This document shows, piece by piece, positions 4,419 through 9,055 of a DNA stretch of 9,055 nt. The notes under the pieces were generated by a model. It was not told the origin of the DNA and did no database searches. It saw only the letters and a list, made by a program, of their open reading frames with translations. The DNA is taken from assembly GCA_003345555.1 (NCBI GenBank), contig PRDJ01000054.1, positions 1 through 9,055 on the forward strand, read 5' to 3'. The DNA is from Candidatus Thorarchaeota archaeon. GTDB taxonomy: Archaea > Asgardarchaeota > Thorarchaeia > Thorarchaeales > Thorarchaeaceae. Numbering within the stretch: position 1 is the stretch's first letter; the number at the start of each line of letters is the position of its first letter. The position numbers were made by a program, and so were the translations under genes.

Positions 4419-6560
4419 CTACTTCCGACTTTTGAGAATGAATGCAAGGATTACCGAAGCTAGTGCGACAGCAGTCACAATTACGTACGGTGTCAGAGTC
4501 TGCCAGAAGTTAATAGTAGTTGTCGGACGAGAGTAGTAACCAGAGACGACGATGGCTGAGTTTCCCCAGATATCTGTGGCGTTGATTTCAAAATTGACAG
4601 TAGTTGCTGTTACTCTTGCAGGTATTGTTCCTTGGTACCCTAGGGCACCCAGCTCCATTTCCGAACTATAGCTGAAATTGGCAGAACCGACGCGATAGGT
4701 GTAGTGGAGCATTACATTTCTGATTCTGCTTCGGTCCTCAATGTAGGCCCGCAGCACGACGGTTTCAGCCGGAGTCGGAGATCCAGGTATAACATAGAAC
4801 GATTTCAGCTTGGGAGCTTCTGTATCTAGCACAGGGTAGTATTCTGAATTCGTGGTTAGCACCAAAGACGAATTGGGTTCAAATGAGAGAACTTTGAACG
4901 GTCCGGATCCGATAGCGTCTTGTACATTTGGTTCCCAGTTGAGCGGGTTCTTGCCTTCCCAGACATGCCTCGGGAGTATGGGCAAAGCACCTAGTAGACG
5001 AAAACTGAACATGTCAAGGTCGTCATAATTGATTCCTGCCACGTAGTCTCCTAGAGTCTTTACACCTGCTAACAAATTCGAGTAAGCAGTTACTGAGCTG
5101 TTGGCGTAGCACTCCAATGTGAAGCGATAGTCTTGAGCATCAACTGCAACGCCGTCTGTCCAGAGGGCATTGGGGTCGATGTAGAACTGAGTCCGGCATT
5201 GAGATGCATTAAGGTCCGGAACAAGACCAAGATAGAGCATCTCCCACGATGTGGCAAGACGAGGAACCGCTCGGCCATCAAGCGTTGTCTCCAGCGAGGA
5301 ATCGTAAACCAGTAGATATGGATTGAAGAAGCGTTTCGAGATCCAGTCACTGTTGATGACTATCCCTGTTCTGAAAAGATTGAGCGAACAGAAGAAGGAG
5401 TCGAAAAAAGCGGGCAAGACTGCAATTCTCATCTCGTTTGGCATTCCTGTTCTTGCGGTTATGCTAACGGGATTCCAAGGACCAAACGCTCCCGCAAGCG
5501 AGTCGTTCACCCATCCTTGGAACCGTGCATCATTGTAAACGGACAGCCACCTGTACGCGAACAACGGGATAATTGGACATAGGTCTCTGACTACTCTCAC
5601 CGCCTCCAGACCTATTGCTCTTGCTTGGTCGAGAAGGATGTTATCCATATACTCCCACGCCAACTGGTTGAGTCGCGAGTCATCTATGTTGGCCACGTTC
5701 TCGCCGTCCACTTCTCGCATCGAGCTGAGGAAGGTGGTTGCGATCCATTCGAAGCCATACTCGTCCATAGTCTGGTGGTAGAGTGCCAGACTGAAGCTTT
5801 CATTGTGTGTTTGGATTCTGTCCTGAAGAACTGCATACTCCATCGGTACAATTGTATTGTTGATGCCTGATGACAACAGATTCGCGGAGATAATGGCGGC
5901 TGTCTCATTCATTCCTTCCGTATCGTTAGGATACCAGAGCGTGAATGAAATCTCTGTGCCATTTGGAGCTTCAACCAAGGAGTCGTTATCGACATCTAGC
6001 ATCCCTGCCATGGCAAGCTCATTCATTGCGCTGCCCAGATTCGCATCGTAGAACAACCCGCCTTCATTCTTCTCTATCGAGAACTCGTTGCATAGGGGCA
6101 GGGCGAAGTCTATGGGATCGGCTTCTCCGTGCATTGCGGTGGAAGTAATCCATGTCTTGTTCGCTGCAAATGCCATCGCTCGTCTCAGGTGGGAGTCGTT
6201 GAGGGGGGCCATGCGACTGTTTATGACAAGCATGCATCCAAGGATGTCATACGCCCACTGCAATCTCAAGCTGCTATAGCTTCCGACGATGCCATAGTCG
6301 GTCGCGTTGATTCTATGGCCGAAGACATCGGCCTCGCCAGTATCAACTGCGGCCAATGCACTAGTCAGATTCAGATATTGAGTCACAATGATTCTGTCGA
6401 CAGTGCCGCCATGGTAAATCGATTCAGATTCCCCTTGGCTGGCAATCATATGTATAGGACATTGTCCACTGAATGCCGGAGCTTGCATAACTTGGCAGCT
6501 TGCTTGCGGCAGCAATATTGCTATCATGAATGCAATGACAATGAACCGAAGACTCTCCAT
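4419..6560 (-). CDS. ABC transporter family-5 (OppA/DppA-like) extracellular solute-binding protein with C-terminal Ig-like domain and TM anchor
   Basis: Likely start is ATG 6560 (MESLRFIVIAFMIAILLPQA signal peptide); the ORF track starts at TTG 6584. Family-5 motifs: VINSRMAPLNDSHLRRAMAFAANK, PIIPL, VYDSS..TLDGRAVPRLATSWE, WTDGVAVDAQDYRFT, LPILPRHVW, IGSGPFKV...LVLTTNSEYY. It has 16 sequons and a C-terminal TM helix followed by KSRK. Confidence 0.9.
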   Translation of the reverse strand: MESLRFIVIAFMIAILLPQASCQVMQAPAFSGQCPIHMIASQGESESIYHGGTVDRIIVTQYLNLTSALAAVDTGEADVFGHRINATDYGIVGSYSSLRLQWAYDILGCMLVINSRMAPLNDSHLRRAMAFAANKTWITSTAMHGEADPIDFALPLCNEFSIEKNEGGLFYDANLGSAMNELAMAGMLDVDNDSLVEAPNGTEISFTLWYPNDTEGMNETAAIISANLLSSGINNTIVPMEYAVLQDRIQTHNESFSLALYHQTMDEYGFEWIATTFLSSMREVDGENVANIDDSRLNQLAWEYMDNILLDQARAIGLEAVRVVRDLCPIIPLFAYRWLSVYNDARFQGWVNDSLAGAFGPWNPVSITARTGMPNEMRIAVLPAFFDSFFCSLNLFRTGIVINSDWISKRFFNPYLLVYDSSLETTLDGRAVPRLATSWEMLYLGLVPDLNASQCRTQFYIDPNALWTDGVAVDAQDYRFTLECYANSSVTAYSNLLAGVKTLGDYVAGINYDDLDMFSFRLLGALPILPRHVWEGKNPLNWEPNVQDAIGSGPFKVLSFEPNSSLVLTTNSEYYPVLDTEAPKLKSFYVIPGSPTPAETVVLRAYIEDRSRIRNVMLHYTYRVGSANFSYSSEMELGALGYQGTIPARVTATTVNFEINATDIWGNSAIVVSGYYSRPTTTINFWQTLTPYVIVTAVALASVILAFILKSRK

Positions 6561-6630
6561 GCGGGCGCCTGCTCCCAACTGCAAACTGGCTGATTCAACC
6601 TTTGGGCTAGGTCGGCTGGTCTGGTTCTAG

Positions 6631-6638
6631 ATATATGC
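6631..6638 (-). promoter_or_regulatory. Possible TATA-like element for the solute-binding protein gene
   Basis: GCATATAT on the minus strand, about 70 nt upstream of ATG 6560 (about 47 nt from TTG 6584). It is the only AT-rich element in the spacer. Confidence 0.3.
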
Positions 6639-6664
6639 GTAGCGAATGACGCGAATTCAAGTGA

Positions 6665-6678
6665 CCCTGCAACCAGGG
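6665..6678. other. Small GC-rich hairpin CCCTG-CAAC-CAGGG just after the phhB stop
   Basis: 5-bp perfect stem with a 4-nt loop, 9 nt downstream of TGA 6688. There is no following U-tract, so function is uncertain. Confidence 0.2.
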
Positions 6679-6687
6679 AGGCCAGTT

Positions 6688-7035
6688 TCATTTCATCTCG
6701 TCTATCTTCGCAGCCAGAATGAAGTCATTGTCGAAAAGACCTTTGATTGCATGTGTCCACAGCGTCAGCGTGACCTTGTTCCAATCAATCAGTATGTTTG
6801 GGTGATGCCCTTGTTCCTCTGCGATGTCAGCGACCTTATTGACAAAAATCATCGCCGCTTTGAAATCTTTGAACTTGAACTCCTTCCGTATTTTGTCGAT
6901 TCCTTCGTCCTTGATTCTTGTCCAACCGGGAACAGCAGGGAGCATCTCCCGTATCTTGAGGTCTCCAAGAGGCGGTACACCACCCCGACAGGGTACACAT
7001 TTCAGTGCAGCAAGTTCCTTTCGGTCTGTAGGCAT
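6688..7035 (-). CDS. phhB: Pterin-4-alpha-carbinolamine dehydratase (4a-hydroxytetrahydrobiopterin dehydratase, COG2154)
   Basis: 115 aa. The full catalytic pattern E-x3-H-H-P-x5-W-x9-H-x8-D is present (EEQGHHPNILIDWNKVTLTLWTHAIKGLFDND). It also has FKFKDFKAAMIFVNKVA, NDFILAAKID and an N-terminal CVPCRGG. Confidence 0.95.
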   Translation of the reverse strand: MPTDRKELAALKCVPCRGGVPPLGDLKIREMLPAVPGWTRIKDEGIDKIRKEFKFKDFKAAMIFVNKVADIAEEQGHHPNILIDWNKVTLTLWTHAIKGLFDNDFILAAKIDEMK

Positions 7036-7042
7036 ATCAAAT

Positions 7043-7047
7043 CCTCC
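7043..7047 (-). promoter_or_regulatory. Shine-Dalgarno site of phhB
   Basis: GGAGG with a 7-nt spacer before ATG 7035 (GGAGGATTTGATATG). Confidence 0.65.
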
Positions 7048-7067
7048 AACGGATTGTCTGTCCCCCT

Positions 7068-7083
7068 CAAAGCAAAAAGAAGA
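7068..7083 (-). terminator. T-rich tract (possible archaeal oligo-T terminator of the MBL gene, or TATA-like element for phhB)
   Basis: Minus strand reads TCTTCTTTTTGCTTTG, about 95 nt after the MBL stop and about 33-48 nt before the phhB ATG. Confidence 0.3.
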
Positions 7084-7123
7084 TATCGCTTGTGATGGCC
7101 TGCCTTATTGCAGTGGTCACGGT

Positions 7124-7135
7124 CACACGCGTGTG
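7124..7135. repeat. Perfect 12-bp palindrome CACACGCGTGTG, overlapped by tandem GGTCAC x2 (7115-7126)
   Basis: Seen directly in the MBL-phhB spacer. Confidence 0.35.
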
Positions 7136-7178
7136 GGGGCTTCCATCCATTTCAGCGAATCAGGACTGTGGCGCGTCA

Positions 7179-8096
7179 TCAAGGAATGGGCAGAAAATGC
7201 CCCTCACCGGTCTCGGCCAGCTTCCCGTGACTCACAAGCGACTTCAAGTGGTGCTCAATCATCCATCTCTCGAACTGGAGCATCACGGGACTTGATAACG
7301 AGGGGTAGATTATCGGGTTTACCATGATTTCATTGACGGACGTTGCCCCGCTTCTTACAGCTCTGAGGACCTTCTCTTCTCTTGCATCGAAGTGCATCAT
7401 GTATTCCTCCAGTGCTGCCTTGTAGTTCTGAATGGCGGGCTTCTCCAGATGACCGCTAATCAAACAACGATAGTCTGATTCCTGCAGTTTGCGAACCGTT
7501 TCTTTGAAGGATTCAATCGATGAGTTCGGATGACCATAGAATGGACCGAATGGCGTGCAGTCAATATCTGCGCCGAACAGGTAACGGGGTTCCACAATCT
7601 CAACGCACATATGATCGGGAAGGTGTCCAGGTGTCAGAATCATTTTGAGTGTAAGATTGTCGAGAGCTATCCTGTCACCATCTGAAAGGACTTCATCCAC
7701 GCGTCCGTCATCAAGTGCACCATGCATTCGTTCGTTAACCATATCTTCCCAGAGGCGGCGTACTGGATGCCCCTGATGGAATCCAAGGAATCTCTTCATC
7801 TCCTCTTTGTCGTTGAACAGAGGTGCAGTAATCTCATTCGCGGCAATCCTGCACTTTGAGATTCTGTTGAGCCTTACCGCATGGGTGATGTGATCAGGAT
7901 GAATGTGACTCAGCACAATCGTATCGATATCACGGAGTTCAAGACCTAGCTTCGCTAGAAGAGATCGCAGAGCTTCCACGGAGCATCCAGGGTCGACAAC
8001 GACGATTTCTCCTGATTGAACCACGAGCGTGTTGCACTTGGGGAAGGGTCCACCCACGACCACATAGATTCCATTTCCCATGTCAACGGTGCTCAT
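7179..8096 (-). CDS. MBL-fold metallo-hydrolase with probable C-terminal winged-helix domain
   Basis: 305 aa. Motifs: VVVDPG, SHIHPDH (HxHxDH), TPGHLPDH, GADID, ISGH. The C-terminal REEKVL...IEHHLKSLVSHGKL segment resembles a beta-lactamase-associated wHTH. Ends in tandem TGA TGA stops. Confidence 0.92.
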   Translation of the reverse strand: MSTVDMGNGIYVVVGGPFPKCNTLVVQSGEIVVVDPGCSVEALRSLLAKLGLELRDIDTIVLSHIHPDHITHAVRLNRISKCRIAANEITAPLFNDKEEMKRFLGFHQGHPVRRLWEDMVNERMHGALDDGRVDEVLSDGDRIALDNLTLKMILTPGHLPDHMCVEIVEPRYLFGADIDCTPFGPFYGHPNSSIESFKETVRKLQESDYRCLISGHLEKPAIQNYKAALEEYMMHFDAREEKVLRAVRSGATSVNEIMVNPIIYPSLSSPVMLQFERWMIEHHLKSLVSHGKLAETGEGHFLPIP

Positions 8097-8134
8097 CGCG
8101 ATATGTCTCCCGGGATCTGTAAGAGATGGACTAT

Positions 8135-8163
8135 CATCTGACTGTGGCTCATTAAGTCAGATG
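8135..8163. repeat. Perfect 9-bp inverted repeat CATCTGACT-N11-AGTCAGATG (operator or hairpin)
   Basis: Seen directly in the 81-bp spacer between the 3-TM gene stop (8178) and the MBL start (8096). Confidence 0.55.
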
Positions 8164-8177
8164 GCAGAGTGTTGTCA

Positions 8178-8567
8178 CTATGCCAGTGCTCGTACTCTCG
8201 TCTCAGCCGCACTTCTGACAGCCTGCCGCCACTTTCTGAAATGGCTCCAGATGACAGGCAGCATGGCCGCACTTAAGAACAGAATGATGAGCAGTGTATC
8301 AACTATCGGCGCTGTCGATGAGAAGGTGGCATGGACTAACCATCCGTCAATCCAATAGCCTGTTACGACACCGAGAGTGACAGGAATCATGGCCACCAGA
8401 AGGAGAAAGAAGACAAGAAATGACTTGCGAGCAGACGATTGTATGAACCTGGCGAATACACCTAGGAATTTGTGTTTCTGCCAACGCGTTCCTTCTGCCA
8501 CAATCCAGAAGACGACAAACAAGAAAATGACAATGAAGAATGGAATAAAGGCCAATTCGTAGTACAT
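8178..8567 (-). CDS. Hypothetical membrane protein, about 3 TM helices
   Basis: 129 aa, ATG start. Hydrophobic segments at about aa 5-24, 50-72 and 88-108, with Lys/Arg-rich loop 1 and C-tail (positive-inside). It fills the gap between lig and the MBL gene on the same strand. Confidence 0.8.
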   Translation of the reverse strand: MYYELAFIPFFIVIFLFVVFWIVAEGTRWQKHKFLGVFARFIQSSARKSFLVFFLLLVAMIPVTLGVVTGYWIDGWLVHATFSSTAPIVDTLLIILFLSAAMLPVIWSHFRKWRQAVRSAAETRVRALA

Positions 8568-8574
8568 CGCATGG

Positions 8575-8598
8575 CACTTCCCAAGCGTCTGGGGAGTG
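8575..8598 (-). promoter_or_regulatory. 5'-UTR hairpin containing an SD-like sequence
   Basis: mRNA strand CACTCCCCA-GACGCT-TGGGAAGTG forms a 9-bp stem with one C-A mismatch. The 3' arm holds GGAAGTG, 7 nt before ATG 8567. Confidence 0.3.
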
Positions 8599-8615
8599 TT
8601 GCGTTATGGCTTGGC

Positions 8616-8635
8616 ATATATATCCATTGCTTAAA
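8616..8635 (-). promoter_or_regulatory. TATA-like elements upstream of the 3-TM gene
   Basis: TTTAAG (8635-8630) and ATATATAT (8623-8616) on the minus strand, about 50-68 nt upstream of ATG 8567. Confidence 0.4.
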
Positions 8636-8734
8636 GCCGCCGAGTGACGGAGGCACAGAGTACCAACGGAGCTGTTGCTATTGCTTACCATTGTCAGCTA
8701 TCCCACACTGCCATATGACAGAATCATATTCGGT

Positions 8735-9055
8735 TCATTTCGCTTTGCGCTTGAACTGAGCATTGTATGCTCGTCTTAGCTCCTCAAGCGTTGTAGCATC
8801 TTCAGGCCGCCTGTCGTCCCTGATTGCCGTTATACGTGCAAACCTGAGAGCCATCCCCGCTTCGTACCGCGGACTGTCTTGAATGTCTGAAGCCAAAACC
8901 TCGACAACCACTTCTGGCCTCACCTTTACTATGTGACCATCCCGCCCAATCTGGATACCAAGCAGTCTGTCTGTCATGACTCCAAATTCATAATCTGTGA
9001 GACCCTTGAAGGTCTTGCCTACCATCACATAGTTGCCAGTCTCCTCATCTCTGAC
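8735..9055 (-). CDS. lig: ATP-dependent DNA ligase, C-terminal OB-fold domain (partial; 5' part beyond the window end)
   Basis: The frame is open to the window edge: VRDEETGNYVMVGKTFKGLTD...VRPEVVVEV...SPRYEAGMALRFARITAIRDDRRPEDATTLEEL. LRFARI..IR.D is ligase motif VI. The ORF-track start at 9028 is an internal GTG. Confidence 0.93.
   Translation of the reverse strand, partial: VRDEETGNYVMVGKTFKGLTDYEFGVMTDRLLGIQIGRDGHIVKVRPEVVVEVLASDIQDSPRYEAGMALRFARITAIRDDRRPEDATTLEELRRAYNAQFKRKAK

Noticed and set aside
6495-6560. Possible lipobox (PQASC) in the SBP signal peptide
   Set aside because: The -3 residue is Gln rather than L/V/I, and the protein already has a C-terminal TM anchor.
3537-6593. 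Nested ORFs inside the peptidase and SBP genes (e.g. 3537-3842, 5090-5350, 5625-5870, 6129-6593)
   Set aside because: They are alternative-frame or antisense ORFs with atypical composition and no motifs.
6985-6999. CVPCR in the PCD N-terminus matches the CxPxR formylglycine (sulfatase maturation) motif, tempting as a substrate for the SPASM enzyme
   Set aside because: CxPC(E/R)GG is a common N-terminal motif of bacterial-type PCDs. The downstream sulfatase LTG context is missing, and the rSAM is not an anSME orthologue by its C-terminal signature.
6646-7327. Long plus-strand ORFs 6646-7095 (149 aa), 6824-7327 (167 aa) and 7092-7295
   Set aside because: They are antisense to or overlap phhB and the MBL gene, which have strong family motifs and, for phhB, an SD site. 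No independent coding signal.
8713-8729. ATATGA-N5-TCATAT inverted repeat just after the lig stop
   Set aside because: A 6-bp AT-rich stem is thermodynamically weak and expected by chance.
8080-8759. ORFs 8080-8358, 8347-8691, 8377-8562, 8462-8656 and 8472-8759
   Set aside because: They overlap the 3-TM gene, whose clean TM topology is more convincing; none has recognisable features.
9026-9028. ORF-track start of the ligase fragment
   Set aside because: It is an internal GTG (Val). The frame stays open to 9055 and the catalytic adenylation domain must lie beyond the window.
1-9055. Mobile elements, CRISPR arrays, tRNA/rRNA, frameshifts or stop-codon recoding
   Set aside because: I saw no transposase or integrase motifs, terminal repeats, regularly spaced repeats or cloverleaf-like sequences. 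All genes read through intact, and the tandem TGA TGA after the MBL gene follows a complete C-terminal domain.

Overview
Gene-dense chromosomal window (about 50% GC by eye) with 10 CDSs, two cut by the window edges. It looks archaeal. Supporting signs are an ATP-dependent DNA ligase, an AF0577/TIGR04084-like radical SAM enzyme, TATA-like elements and two sequon-rich, C-terminally anchored surface proteins. The overall style suggests Asgard archaea/Thorarchaeota, but that is an inference. Gene order: VIT1/CCC1 metal transporter (-, partial, missing from the ORF track), two divergent GNAT acetyltransferases, a radical SAM/SPASM enzyme (-), a divergently transcribed secreted and membrane-anchored C39/BtrH_N-like cysteine peptidase or transacylase (+), a convergent family-5 ABC solute-binding protein (-), pterin-4a-carbinolamine dehydratase (-), an MBL-fold hydrolase (-), a 3-TM hypothetical protein (-) and the C-terminus of DNA ligase (-, partial). 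No rRNA, tRNA, CRISPR array or mobile element was seen. Most notable: the solute-binding protein appears circularly permuted relative to OppA/DppA. The rSAM/peptidase divergon carries a perfect 14-bp palindrome and may be part of a peptide-processing locus. The VIT1 protein has a non-canonical TM2 metal site. Several intergenic inverted repeats are present. All family assignments come from motif recognition, not database searches.
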